The translations under genes and the position numbers were made by a program. The notes below the pieces were generated by a model. The model was not told where the DNA came from. It saw only the letters and a program-made list of their open reading frames with translations, and did not search any database. DNA of 64,000 nt from Bilabrum cf. latius (taxonomy: Eukaryota), in NCBI GenBank assembly GCA_965178125.1, contig OZ237745.1, positions 1-64,000 on the forward strand, written 5' to 3'. Below, in pieces: positions 37,758 through 51,800 of the stretch; within the stretch, counting starts at the first letter, position 1, and each line of letters starts with the position of its first letter.

Positions 37758-38627
37758 ATGGAAGGGCACCGACTTACCGAAACTATATATGCTCCCGGTG
37801 GTGCTGCACAAAGTGTCTTACATGCGCCTCCTGCTAGGTCTCACGTGACTAGGCATGAACCGGTTGCCCGGAGCACGGAGGGTGGAATGGTTGGCTCCAT
37901 GCAAGAGCTGAGGCTCCAGACCGTAGCGAAGAACAAGAATTTTGCAGACCGTTGCACAGCTATCGAGTAGCGAAGGGTGGTGGTGGAAGGGCGATTGCAG
38001 GATGAGGTTAAGGCCAGGGACGAGCAGCTCGATAGCATTCGGCAGGACATTGAAGCCGAAGTCTCAAAATTACGCGCCGAGCTGATGCCAGCCATAGAAG
38101 TCGAATTCCATCGTCGCGAGAAGAACGAGCTTGTACGGGAAGGCAAAAGGTTGGATGTTGCACTCGCAGCGGAGCAGCACGCATATCAGCAGGAGGTGCC
38201 GGACTTGCAGTAGCACATATCGGGCGAGGCAGTCGCACGCATGCAAAGGGAGAGATAGAGCTTTGATTTGGATAACACCAAAGCACGGGCTCGCGAAAAG
38301 GTGCTGGATGAGCGCTTCCAGCGCTGGCTGGGCCAGACGAGGCAGCGCAGCTCCGACGAGCGCGAGGACCGCCTGCGGCTGGTGGCAGACGTGACGGAGA
38401 GCCATGGCCAGGCACTGCGGACCGAGTCCAGATCTCTGGAAGACATCGAAGTGGCGTGCACCCGGGAGATAGCGGAGATTGCCACCCGGGCCGTGCTGGT
38501 GTCCCGTGCCCGCGCCAAGGGAGACGGCGTGCTGGCCGAGGACCTCGAGACGGTGATGCGGAGGCTGCAGGCACAGGTCATCGAGTCGTTCGGAGGCAGC
38601 GATGAAGACGAGGACGAGGAGGGGTGA
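37758..38627 (+). CDS. SF-assemblin/beta-giardin-like coiled-coil protein, ~289 aa
   Basis: Three track ORFs in one frame joined by TAG at 37968 and 38211. Size and the C-terminal R...D..LAEDLETVMRRLQ pattern fit the family; TGA. Confidence 0.6.
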
Positions 38628-38668
38628 GGCTGGGAAGGACGTGTACACTATAATAATCCATGTGACTC

Positions 38669-40411
38669 TTAACGGGGCTGACTCCCGGGGGATGCACCAG
38701 CAGCCCTACCTGGCGGTAGCGAGGCTGCTACCTTCTGGCTGTAGATCTAGGACCTGCCAGTGCCCGGGCTGCTGCCACCATCCTGCGGGGCTCTGGTTTT
38801 GCCTGGCTGCGACGCAGCACTCGCAGGTGTGGGCCGTCTGGCAGCAAGCACGGACCTTCTCGCCGTCCTGTCTGCCCTTGCCCTCGCGGTGCAGCACCCG
38901 CACGGCCCTGCCCCGCTCTGTTGCGGGCTCATGGAGCCCGAGCCATCCGAGGAGCCCTCTGTCGGCACATTGGCCTATTCGTTCTCCAGGGAACAAGACA
39001 GGTCCAGGGCCACGAACTTGCACCACCTGGCCATCGATCGAGCCGCCGACCCCTCCGGCTCCGCAGGTATCTGGTCATGCCCGGGCCCGGGGCAAGGGCA
39101 AGCGCATGCCCCGCACGCCTCCCTGCCATAGCACCAGAGGAAGCAGCAGCAGCATAGCCAGCACTGTCTGGGCGCAGGGGGGATGCGGGCGGGTGGCAGC
39201 CCCGCCCTCAGGTCATGGCTCCCGTCGAACTGCCAGAGGTCGTCCGCTGGACCCCCGGCCCGACTGATGGAGGAGGCACCCTTTACCTCCACCTCGAAGC
39301 GAGCCAGCTGCTGCAGGAACCCCGTGTTGGGCTTGATCACGTACCGGCGCTGCCTCACGAACCGGATCGCGTCCCTGAGCCACATGCGCTCCCTGCACAC
39401 GAGGTAGGCCAGCACCAGAGTGGCCGATCTCGAGACTCCCGCCACACAATGCACGAGCACCCGCCCCCCAGTGCTGCGGGCGTGGTCGATGGTGGCGAAG
39501 GCCTGCTCGAACACTGGCCGGATGTCCTGCTTGCGGGAGTCCTCTAGCTTCAGCTTGAGGTAGTGCATGTGCTGGGGAAAGCTGTTGGGCAGCTGCCTCG
39601 CCGCATTGATCACGTGTGTCACCCCCCTCTACAAGAGCATGTCGAGGTCGGCCGCGTCCTCCCGGTCACCCAGCAGCAGCCAGTCCGTGATGCAAGAGGG
39701 ACGCTCGAAGCCGTCCATCCACTCCTGAAAGGATTGAGACAGCCACGAGCAGCAGGAGGGCTGCGGCCGGATCCGCCGCCTCTGCTTGCCGCCAGTGGGT
39801 GCCTCCAGGCCGGGGGGCCAGGCTCCCGGGGCCAGCGGGGGCAGGCGCACTGGTGCGATCCTGCTGCCCGCGCTTGCGCCTGGGTTTGGGGATGTGGAGC
39901 GGGCGGGGCTGAATCTGTCCTGCGGGCGGATCCTTGGCGCCAACGCTTGGGCCTGTACCTGTGCTTGTCCCAGTACCGGACCCTGTCCCAGCCCAGAGGC
40001 AGGGGTGTCCTCCTGGTTGCGCCTCGCTTGCATCTAGCTGAGGACCCGGCGCACCTGGGCGGAACTCATAGACTATGAACGGTCAATGCTGCTCTGGTGC
40101 GGGACCTGTAATTTTCTTTCAGATCGACTTGCGAACCCGTCCCTCGTGGCCATATGCTAGTAGGCAGCCGCGTGCCACCCCTTTGCAGGCATATTTGGAC
40201 GGGAAGCTGCGGACCCTGTCGCCAACAGCAGCGAGCCACTCTTTGATTGTGAAGACCCTGGTCCGATTCCAATAGGACTTGGATTTCGATTCCCACTCGG
40301 CAACAGGATCAGCGATCCAGTGCGGTGTACTCCGACACTTACAGACCTGGTGTGTGGGTTGCCATCGGGGGCTTGCCCGCTAGCACTACCGAACAAGTCA
40401 CGCTTTTGCAT
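38669..40411 (-). CDS. Dual-specificity protein phosphatase, ~580 aa
   Basis: PSCITDWLLLG..L*RGVTHVINAA..LED..VLVHCVAGVSRSAT..PNTGFLQQL. TAG 39629 lies inside the catalytic domain; 6 TAGs in total; ends TAA 38669. Confidence 0.9.
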
Positions 40412-40788
40412 TTATATGCCCATAAAATTTCTTGTGAATGCGTGAACAGACAAGAAAAACGCCCACTTGCTCCGCAGTAGGCCTATCCAGCTATACTAGG
40501 GGGTCAATAATAAATGCGTTCGTGTCGTATCGTACAGATTCCAAGCTGTCTATCACAATTTCAGCAAACAGTGCATTGGCAAGCGCACTCGCATGTCTGT
40601 ACTTTTGTCGCGGCGACCATCTTCTTCACCGCAGCTGGGCTGTGGAGTGCAGGATGCGTTTTGGTGGTGAGCTCGTCGGCGCCGCGCACCATGTGACCCC
40701 GCAGGCAGCGGAACATCTTGCCGGCTGCCGGTGGATTGGAAACTTCGCATATTTACGGCTCGTGCATGACTGAGAGTAGCGATTTAGC

Positions 40789-43700
40789 ATGTCTGTTGTA
40801 TTTGAGCTACGCAGAAGAGCTAGTCGAGGTCAATCGATACCCACGGCCAACAGAGCACGCCTGTTTGAGACCGCTTGTGCTGCAGGCCACCCGTCTTTAG
40901 ACAAGTCTGGCCGCGAGCGGGCGGGAAAGGCAGCACAAAGAGTACTATGGGCGATGCAACATATAGATTAGCTGATTTGTGGGGGTAGTCGCTCCCGGGC
41001 TGTACTCAGGGTCTTGAAATCCAGTACGTTCGCCACGTATCCATCCGGAGACCCTGATCAAAGAGGTCCAAGCCCCGAAGCTGTGGCTATGGGGAAATCA
41101 ATTGGCGTCTCTCGGATGGGTGCATGCTTAAATAAACTGGCTGATTTGATTGATTTGCAATTGGTGCCTTTTGGTGCGAGTGGTGCCCAATACAACTCAA
41201 GCGCAATCTCGCCTCTCGGCGAGTGGTTGGGCGTTGCTGCCCCCCCTGGACGAATAAACGCCGGTGCGCCAGTTTCCATGCTTTAGCCGCCTTTAGTTCC
41301 CATTGAGTTGGGGGGCGGATCGCGTGAAGCAGCTGCAACAAGGGTACAAGACTTACGAAAGCGAATCGGAGCTCGCCGCGCCATTGGGCGGCTGTGCTCC
41401 GCCGCGTCGGCTATCCTCACCCTTGTGCGGGAGGGCGCTCTAGCCACCGGCATCCCCGCTAGCATGGTAGATTCCCAGCTGGTCCAGGCCACTCTCCGTC
41501 TGTCCCGCTGGCCGGCCGTACGACCCATCGCCTCCTTGGTGCTAGACACGTGCGTCGCGACCGTGTCCAGCAGCCCGGCACTGCCGCTCAAGCACCTAGC
41601 AGCTGCCATGGCATCTCGGAGGCACGCGCGGTTAGACCAACCAACCAACCAGTGGAGCTCCGCCGGGACCAGAGAACATGCAGCCGTCGGTGCTGCCAGC
41701 GGGCGCGCACGAGCAGGCCCAGGCACGGGGGACCTATCACCACTGGTGCAGGTCCTTCTAGAGGCAGAGACCCGGGGATCATGCGCTGCTGCTGCCGGAC
41801 ACTCGTTGCGGAAGTCGCTAGTGGCGGGCGCGGTCAACGATGGGCTGTGCAGGGCCGATGCTCTCCTACTGGTGGGAGCGGCCAGCTCGCTGTCTCTGGG
41901 CCTGGATAGCCACTCCCACTCTCGCGGAAAAGAGGGCGGCAGCGACGAAGATGAAGACGATAGCACTGGCGAGCGGGCAGCGGATGGAAGACCGGCATCC
42001 GCACTCAGCGGTGCGGACGTGAGCGCCTCGTCCGGGAATCCTCGCGGGGGGCATGCCTCCAGAAACACCATCCGGTCGGCTTACAGCAGCCTCTGGGGCA
42101 GTGGACCCATGATGGCCCGCCTGCTCATGCAGCTGCTGGTAACCTCCCGCGACTGGGACGGGCAGGCGCAGGACTCTGGGTGGGTGCAGCGAAGGGACGG
42201 GTGCTGGCAGGCGCTTGGGGGGGAGGCGCTGCTGGAGCATGTGAGAGACGTGCAGGCAGCGCGAGAGCGCCACAATGCCCCCGATGCAGACCTGGACACG
42301 GAGGACGAGCCAGGAGAAGGCGTAGACCAACATGGCGGGAGGGACGGGCCGAGCTCAGGAGCTGGGCTGGGGGCGGGCGCGGCGCGGGATCGTTTTTCGC
42401 TGCCTGCTGCTCTGAGCGCCGCAGAGGCGGAAACGAACCGCGCCGTTACAATGGGTAGGATAGGGCACGCTGCAAGCGTTAGTAAGGGCGAAGACGATGA
42501 TACGATCACTTCGAGCGCTCACCGTCCAGTCCTCAGCTGCATCGAAGAAAGCGCAAAGTTGGCCCATCCTGAGCGCTCGGACGGACTGGCGGTGCAGGTG
42601 GAGCCATGGAGGTACCCAGATAGGGCTGCGGGGATTTCTGGCAAGGCAGCCCCCCGCCCTAGAGCCTGCGCGCTGCCTGGTGTTCTCTGGCCCCTGGCCG
42701 GTTTCAGTGCGCTGCGACACGAGGACCCCAATGCAGCACTGGCTGAAGTGCTGCGCCGGAGGGGCACTTGGATGCAGGACGGCGTGGCTTGGAAGGCCTC
42801 GGGCCCTGGGCTGGCTCGGCGCATCCGACAGTGCATGGTTGCTATGAACCATTTCTGCCATCGGGAGTTTTAGCAGAACGGGGTGACGCTTGCTGCCAGT
42901 GTAGACATGCTGCGAGGCACCATGCATCGCAACATGAGCGCGTTGACGGAGACGGACCAGAGCCGGTTAGAGAGCATGATGGAAGAGGACGACTTGGAGG
43001 CAACTCGCAGGCGGAGGCGTGCTGACGGTGGGGCAACCGGGCTAGGGGACTGGATGGGCCTCTCAAGCGCAGAGGCCGACTCGGACGATTCTTGCTATGA
43101 GGATGCTGTGCCCTCCCAGCCAATGGGCACTCACGAGCGCGACGACGAGATCGATGCATTGGTACAGGAAGATACAATCGGGCCTGCAGATGGAACTGAG
43201 CCTATATCATCGGGCAAACCTGCCGGAAAGAGCACCAAAGGTACGGCAAAGCAGGTATCGTCTGAACCCGGTGCTATTGGTCACGACGGGGTTCCACCGA
43301 TTGGAGCATAGATTGAGGCAGTATCAAGCCGGCAGCTCGCCAGCATGACGCGCAGGCTCCGGCGAGAGGCAAGCCGTGCACGCCGCGAGATTGTCACGGA
43401 GTCTCTGCAGAGAATGGGCTTCGAGATGGATGCAGCCATGGGGATTAGTGCCCCGTGGCTGCTGGACCAGTACCTCACTGCGTGCGTGGTGTCAACCAAT
43501 GCAGCACGCATGGTGTCATCCGCGCTGGCCTTTGCAGGGGAGGGGGCGCGCAGTCTGGTCATCCGGCGATGGAACCCTTCGGGCAGGCCCTCTGCGAGTT
43601 CAGCAACGGACGGCGCAGGCAATGTTGATGGTAGATCGCCTGAACAGCACGGTGCAGCCTACGACTCAGTTTCTATCAGGCGCTCAGCAAGCTCGTGGCT

Positions 43701-46700
43701 GGTACGGCTCAGCCGCCAGCCTCAATGGGAACGTCGATTGACGGGACGCCTGCATGCCCGTATGTGTGCCAAGTAGGCCGTATCCGGTCCCGTGGCGCAT
43801 CTCGCTGCGGCCGGCGCAGACTCCGATTTTGGCGAAGGCTTCATCCGTGCGCGACTGGAGCCGCTCGGGGACGCCGTTTTTGCGACTGCCTCGGTGCACG
43901 AGCCAGCCAGCGAGCCGCAGTAGCATGACCAGACGCCAGACGGCGAGTCTGCCGAAGGGATAGGCAGTCGGCCGGGTAGGTCAAGAGTTGGTCTTCTGCA
44001 TGCGATTTGCCCTGGCATGCGCCCGTCATGTGCCCGTGTGCAGACGCGAGAGAACGTACAAGCAGTGCGGCTACTCGCTCAAGTAGGGGCAGAGGCAGCA
44101 GGAGGAACTGCCCGCGGCAATATGGCTCTGAACGCGTCATTCTGCGAGTCGCTTGGTGTGACCACGCCCCAGGTTGCTGAGCAGCTCTTTGGCCTGGCTC
44201 GGTCAACGGCCACTGAGGACGCAGAAGGGCAAGCATGGGATCGCATGCCTGCACCAGCTGAAGTTCTCGAGCACATGGCACAAGTCTGCGAGCAGGTGGG
44301 CGCGGCCGGCGTCGTGCGCATGGCGCTAGCTTCTCACATCCGCGTTGCACCTTCAAACGAGACTGTGGCGCTCCAAGACCAAGAGGTCCGCGATGCGGTG
44401 CAGCAGGTGCTGGCATCCTCAGCTGCTGGTCGAGTATTTGACAAGAAAGCTGAGGGTATCACTGGCAGCTGCCCACCGGTTGCAACGTCCAGTCAGGAGG
44501 AGTATGAAGACTTGTCCAGGCCGGAGCGCGTCTTGATCGATCGCCTCGACTACGACAATGCGTCCGACACTGCGGCCATTGGGAGCGGCATGTTTGTCGC
44601 AGATACAGTTGGCCAACGCGGCCTGGGCATGCACACATCCTAGCTGTGCCACCCGCTCGCTCGCCACCTGCAAGATCTCGCTGGCGGCGACCCCACATGT
44701 GGAGGCCTGCCTGCAGACATGGACGGGGAGGAGAGCCCAGAGCAGATGCTGGAGCGATCCAATCAGATATTGGGCACCACACACGAGCTCGTGTCAGCAT
44801 ACGCAGATATCGGAGCGGGCCCGGCCATGTTTGCGGAGAGTGTGGTCCCTGGGATGGAGGGCAGCCCAGCCGCCACCCGGCGAGTGAGAGCGGCGATGAT
44901 GCAGGTGGGCAACACGGCAGCCCTGCATTTGGGCTCTATGCAGAGGAATAGCGTGCTGCTGAACTCGTTCCAATCATCGTCCTCCCTCCTGAGCCAGCTC
45001 CTCGGATGTGACGCTGGAACTACCGTGCGAGAGCAGTTCATTCGTTCTGGCGGTCTTGCGATTCTGAGGGCCAGGATGCTGTCCACTGTGTGGGTGCACG
45101 CAGCCCCGCTTCGCTTCTCGCGCTTGCACGGAGGAGGATGCACCTGCACGCCGGGCTCCTCGAATCGAATCGGACTGCTACGGGTACTGCTGGCCGCCAT
45201 CGGTAGAGATGAGCCGCTCTCCGGGTGGATCGGCTGGCGGTGCAGGGCGGCGGGCTGCAGCAGGCTGGAGCTGGCTGGGATGGCCTGGATGGAGCGAAGG
45301 GCAGTTGAGAGCGGGCTGCAAGGTGAGCTGCAGGGCGCACGTGTCGAATCAGCTGGAGCCGCTACGAGTGGCACATCCGAGCAGGCGGACTTTGCATCGG
45401 AGCCTGACGACATCCTGTGGTCTGTCTAGTCACAGATGTCTCCACTGCCGCTGGCGTGCGGACCTGGGTCCAACTACCCGCCTTCGGTGCTACCCACTCG
45501 CATGGAGCTACACGCAGCACGATCAGCTATCGGCGAGGGGAGTGCCAGGCGGGCCCACGTGGTGTCGACACCGACCATCCTCGCAGCCGAGGCCACCCGT
45601 CAGGTCAAGCTGCATGGAGACAAGGGTCACGAGTCGGCGTCCGGTGGCAGTTCCTGGACACAAGCAGCCGAAACCGTGGAGTCCGCAGTCAGGAAGCTTG
45701 CCCCCGGAGCTCGCATGCTGCCCACAACGGCAGAGCTGAGCGGTGTAGTCCCCGTCCGAGAGCAGCCTGACCTGCCTGGACTCGCGCTCAAAGCGGTGCG
45801 AGCTGAAGGCGCCCGCTGGTGGGACGCCTAGAGCGACGAGACTTTTGCCGCCCCCGCAGAAGGCAACCTGCTCGACGCGGTCTCTCTGCGCAGGCCTTAG
45901 TAGGAGGGTGCTGGCGGCGAGGATGCGCGCCCCGCTTCTGGAGCCGTGCACCGTGACTACGCCACCGTGAATGCAGTGGCACTGTCAGAGCCTGTACTTC
46001 ATGAGCCCATGAGCGATTCCGTGGCTGCTTGTGTGGGTCTGCTACACGCTGCAGTACAGGACAGGAGCGCAGACAGCGCGGCGGCCTTGCTGGATTTACT
46101 GCAACCGTGGTCTGGGCCTGCAGTACGCACCGCAGACACCGCATCGTTTGCTGCCAAGTTCATTTCACACACAGCAGGAGTAGATGACAGCTCGCAAGGG
46201 GCCATAGGGAGCATCGCTGGATCAGTTGCCACTGCTGATACTCTTGATGACTCGGGCTCATTGAATGAAGCTATGGATGTCCTGTTGGCTGAGGCATGGC
46301 TTCCTGATGCTGCCTTTGTGCCCCGTCGCGTGAATGGCGTGATGGGCACCCCGTTGTTTGATCCCGCCCTTACGAAGCTTACTAAGCGGCACGGCAAATC
46401 ATATCCAAAGCCACTCGAGCAAAGCAGCCTGCGGGACTCGGCAGACTTTGCACGAGCTCGCAGGATGGGTCGACGGGCGCTGATGCACCTCGCAACGGCA
46501 GACAGGGTGCACCCGAGGACCGGTTCAGTGAGGACTGAGAGGGACTGGCTCGTGTCGCGGGTCGGTCTTGCGGAGATCGTCTCCGGTCCAATGCACACTG
46601 CAGGCGAGGATGACGCCCCTCGGGAATACGACGTGCGGCGGGACATAGTGCTTCGGATGGAGGGTGACGATCTCGGATGGGAAGAGCTGCGTGGGAGTGG

Positions 46701-48663
46701 AGACTTCTCGCTGTGTCGCGCTGTAGCAGCTGCTGCTAGGAAGCTTGGGCGCGAGTCTGAGGGTGGGGCGGCCACTGGATCGATCCCAACCCCAAGCACC
46801 GTGCAAGAGCTGCCACTTGAAGGCGAGGCGCACGTGCTGGCGGTAACGACAGGGCTGCCTGCTTGGGACGTGGCATCTCCGTGGATGCGTCCCCCCACGC
46901 CGTGCTTTGTGCATACCGCAAGCAAGCTCGCGAAATCAGCGAGTGCTGACAGCGCTGACTCGCTGGAAGCCAGGCTCCCGATATCGGCCTAGTGGTAGGA
47001 GGAGGCCGGGTATCTGCCTGCACATGCTGGCACAGGGCTGTGCCGAGCTGTGGTGGAGATGTATATGCATTGCAACCGTGGCAGCAGATACGGTTCGTGG
47101 GCCGCGAGCTCCCTCATGGCCACGGTGAGGGGGTCCCCATGGAGCTTCAGAGTCATGTGCATCCGGGCGGGGCTGGTCGGGCAGCTGGTGGGGGACATCC
47201 TCGAAATCGGCCTGTGGGATGCAGCTCACTCGTACCAGCTGCACAAGTACGAGGGCGGGGCTGCGGGTGGTACCTTGCCCGATGCGACTGCCAGGGCGGA
47301 CCCCGGGTCAAGCGAACAGGGCGGCTCTACTACGGAAGGGGAGGGGCTACGAGCAGCCGCCCCTGAGCCCAGCGTGCTCACGCCAGGACTGCCGCTGTAG
47401 ACATGGGGCATGGTCGTGCATCCCGCTGTCCTTGTGCCCCAGCCACCCCGCCTACCCCGCCGGTGCCGCCCTGTGATGCCTTTGCAGGTGACCATGGACT
47501 CTCTGGCAGCTCTGGTGGACTAGAACCCGCTAGGGCTCGCATGCCTGGGGCACCCCGCCTTCTTGCCCAGGCCCCGCCTCCGTGCCCTGCTGAGAATCGC
47601 GCTAGCCAAGCCAGTGGACTCGAACAAGGTCTTGCGAAACTTGTGGAAGTGCGCGTGGGACGCGCACTGCGATCAGGTGCAGCGGGGAAGTGCGCCGGGC
47701 GGTGAGCGGTGCATGGCTGTGTGGCGTTTGCCAGCCGTGCGGATGATGTCATCACGGTGGCTGGAGGTATTCGTGAGGCTGGTGTACTCCATCCCCGTGC
47801 CCCGCCAACTGGACACCTTCTCGGTGTCGTGCTTCAACTCTGCGCTCATGATGGCCGGCGCGGCTCTGCACGACCTGAGCGACGAGACTGCGGGCAGCAG
47901 GGAGGCGGGCTCGTGGGTGCGAGGAGAGGCTTGGAAGCACGGGAACGTGTCGATGGTCAGGCGGTTCGTCCGGTGTCTGGCGCAGTGGGATTTGCCTGCC
48001 GCGGAGAGGGTCTCGGTCGGGCAAGGGCAAGGGGAAGAGGGCGAGGACAAGCCCGTGGCAGATTGGATCAAGGAGACCCTGCGGACCGAGGACGTGGAGG
48101 CCAGGCGATAGAGGGGCAAGGACAGGCCACAGCAGGGAAGCAGCGGTCCCGCCCCCGCGCTAGACTCCCGCACCCCGGAGGACTGGGAGAGTCGCCAGGA
48201 GCACTGGAGCTTCTTCTCCATGTGTCCCAGCGGGGAGGAGGTAGACAGCAAGACCAGGTTCCCCTTCAAAGGACACGTCAACTGCATGTCGGTCCGCCCT
48301 ATCTCCGATACCGAGTGGCAAGAACATCCGGTCGGACCGCCTTGGAGGCACCTGCAGGAGCCCTCGCCCGAGAGTAGGTGGTCCGTGGGATGTGGCCGGC
48401 CTGTGCCCCTTGGAGCGCGGGCCTTGGCTCACCTGTGCCGGCTGTCGAACGCATGGCTCAAGTTCTATACCATGCGAGTGAGCATGCGGCAGGACATGGC
48501 CCAGTCGTGCGGGGTGGGTTTCGGCCACATGCGGTGCATCCTGGATGCCTTGCTGGCTCTGGGCAGGGAGTCGCTCGAGGACATGGGCCTGGGCGGCTGG
48601 ATGGACGCGAGGCACGGCGAGGAGGCGGGTCCTGCGAGTGCAGGCGCCGAGGCAGGAAAGTGA
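40789..48663 (+). CDS. Giant unrecognised protein of ~2,600 aa; possible upstream exon 40593-40666 with intron 40667-40787
   Basis: Twelve track ORFs share one frame. 16 TAGs, including TAG TAG at 45898-45903, and no TAA/TGA over ~7.9 kb; ends TGA 48661. Confidence 0.8.
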
Positions 48664-48837
48664 TAGGGTAACCAGTCCTCGGATTCAGATCGATTGGGTC
48701 GACTCGATTGAAACGACGAAACGTCACAACGCTGGTGCAAGGAATCCATACACTCATCACACACACAATACACACCACATTCGCGAATTCGGTTCCTCGG
48801 AGCAGCCAAAAGTGCACCCGGGTCGCCTCCCAGTCGT

Positions 48838-51800
48838 TCACGACCCGCCGCCCGACGCCGCCGCCTTCTTAGCAGCCGCAGCCCTCCGCTTGGCCTTGAT
48901 GTCGTCCAGCTTGCTGGGGTCTGCCAGCTCCCACATCTCAAGCATGACCTCCACCTTCTGCGCCGCAGTCTTGTAGATATGCTGGAAGGCCGGCTTGCTC
49001 AACGCGATGATAGCCATCCGGCTCATGGCCTCGATGAACGCGGGCTCAGGCAGCCGCCGCTTCTTATCGCCCTCGTCACCGCCAGAGGACCCCAGGTGCA
49101 AGTTGGCAGCCGCGTTGAATGCCACGCGCACCTCCCTGGACTTGGTGAAAGTGGGCACCACGTGGAAGTCCTTCATCATGCGGGCGAACTGCTGCAGGCT
49201 CACCCCGCCCTTGCCCGCCGAGTAGTACTCGAACAGCCCGTGCACTGCTTCTCCATGCTTCTCGAAGAGCGCCATCACCGCTGGGTCGAACACCCCCGTG
49301 GCCTGGCCCTCAGAGGCCTCCAGCGCCCTCTCCGCGTTCTCGCCCGCCTGTGCCGCGCTCCTGGCCTCGTTGTCCGTGTACACGCTCTTGGAGCCCTTGC
49401 CCCCGCCCGCGCCTGCGTGCGGCACCCCCACCACCGTGGCAGGCCGGCCCCCTTTGCTCGGCCCCGCCCCCGTGCGGTCGTGGTCCTTGAGCGCCTCCTG
49501 GCTCAGCCCCCCGCCCGCGGCCTGCTGCGCATCCGCCTGCAGGGAGGCGATGCGCCTGTGAGTATCATCCGGCAGCCCGGGCACGTGCGCGCCGGCCTCG
49601 GCGAGCGCCTTCCGCTGGGCATCCAGAGTCTTGGCCATCTGCGCGATGGTGGTGGACTCCTCCTCCAGGTGTCTCCCCAGCTGCCGCACCCGCTCAAACT
49701 GCTCCTGCAGCTCCTTGCGCTCACGGGCCAGCTCGGCGCGGTCCGCCTCAAGCTGCTCCCGCTCGGCGCTCAGCTGTTCCCTGTCCTCCTGCACCTTGGC
49801 CTGCAGCCGCATGGCCTCCTCACGCAGCGCAGACGCGTCGTCCCTGTCCTGCCGGGCAGCCTGGGCGTCTGCGCGCGCAGCCTCGGCCTCCGCCTCGGGC
49901 CCGGGTCCTGAGGGTGCAGTCCCCTCGCCCGCCCTGGGCGGGCCTTTGCCCATATCGGCGCCCCCACTGGACGGTGGGGCGGGCGGCGGCGGCGGGCGCT
50001 GCTTGGGCAGCCCCGGGGCGGCCGGCCCTGCCTGCACCTGCCTCTGCTACCTCGAGTACCCCGAGTCCTGGATGAACTTCTGCAGGGCCTCAGGGCCCCC
50101 AGTGCTCAGTGCCTGCGAGAGCTCCTGCAGCTGCCCGCAGGTGAGGCTGCTCCTGGACCAGACGGAGCCCCCCGGTCCTCCCTGGTCGAGCGTGATGATG
50201 GGCTCGAAGGGTGACCCCAACAGTGGGCGGCCGTAGGGGCGCTGCTCGTCGATCGAGATGTGCGCGTACCTCGGGTCGATGAGGTTCACGTGCAGCTCCA
50301 GCCGAGGGATGGTCTCTGCCTCGGCCCGGGAGAGTTCCTCATGCTGCAGGTCCACCTCGTACTTGACCTCGTAGGTCCCGTCCCCCAGGTCCACCACCGG
50401 GTAGGCCCTCCCAGGGCCGTGCACCTCCAGCTCCCAGCGGTCCCCCCCCGTGCCGTAGAGCTCGTCGAACTGATTGCGGGCCGTGATGCGGAAAGTGTTG
50501 ACCTTACCCACGCATGCCAGCCGCGTGCCCGCTCCCTCCACGAGGCAGTGCAGCGGGGCGGTGGGGGCGGGGTTCACCGTCACCAGGAAGGGGCTCCCCT
50601 GGATGTGTCGCTTGTAGGCCTTGATGTGCAGCTCGTACTCTCCCTCCCTAGACGGAGTGTACTGCCCCATGAAGGACCCGTTGCCCAGGTACTCCAGCGG
50701 CACCGGCAGCTGCAGCTCATCGCTGTCCAGGAAGGCCTCCATCACCTCGGGGTCGGCACTGCTCGGGTCGGGGATCCCGCGGTCGTCTCGCACCTCCACC
50801 GTGAACTCCGTCTCCACGCCCCGCTCCGCCTCCGAAATGCCCTGCCCGTAGGCCACGTGCTGCAGGGCCAGGGTGGTTGCAACCGCATCCATGTCCAGCT
50901 GGCCCCCGTCCTCGCCCTGCATCCCCTCACCGTGCTCCCCGCCCTCGCCCTCCCCTTCTATCGGCAGCTTGCCCCCGCTGTCGATGATGGCCTACTCCAC
51001 GCGGCGCCTCTCATCCTCCACCTGCCCCCACCTGCGATGCACGTCCTGCATGCGCTCCACCACCATGTTGATGGCCTACACCCACACGTCCGCGCCTGCA
51101 TCCGTGTCAGTCGCCAGCTGCACCTCGTCGTGGCCATTCTCGTCGATGACGGTGAAGATAGACTTGATGCGGGCGTCCGAGTGTCTCCCCAATTCCTCCA
51201 CGCGCGCGCTGTGGGCGTGCGTCAGATGGATCCGGAGCAGCTCCTAGCCCATGCGCTCCGCCGAAGGGACCAGCACGAGCTCGCACGCGCTCTCGGAAAA
51301 GGCGAGCGCGCGCTCCTCCCAACGGCGAAACGTCATGAAGCCGCCGCCAGAATTTTCTTTTCGAAGGACTGCTCCGATCTAAATAGGCAGCGTGTCCATG
51401 TCAATCTCCGGCTGCCTCGGGCCATCCTTGTCCCCGTACGGATTGGTCGGCAAGGCCTGCCCTGCACCGCCGCCCCCTGCCTGCTCGCCGAACGCACCAG
51501 CTCGCTATTCCAATTCTTCTTGTTGCTTGTCGAATCGATCCGCAGTGTCATGCACCGCAAAATTCATCTGGTCTAGCATATTGCGCAAGTGGCGGATGTT
51601 GTCGGCTTTCCGCATGTCCTTGATGGGGATGCCACGCTTATCGAGCACAGGCCGCCTACCACCAATCACCTGGCCATATCCAGATCCATCCATAGGCCCG
51701 CTTCCGTCCATGCCTCCGCCGTAGCCCTGTCCTGGGGCAGGAGATCCATCGTAGCCTGCCCCGTACTGGCCGCCACCGTACCCACCGCCCCTTGGCGGGG

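Noticed and set aside
40789-48663. Tiny introns removing each TAG
   Set aside because: The frame is preserved at every TAG and most lack a nearby GTRAG donor. Real introns here have clear donors and pyrimidine-rich acceptors. Elsewhere, conserved motifs run straight through the TAG.
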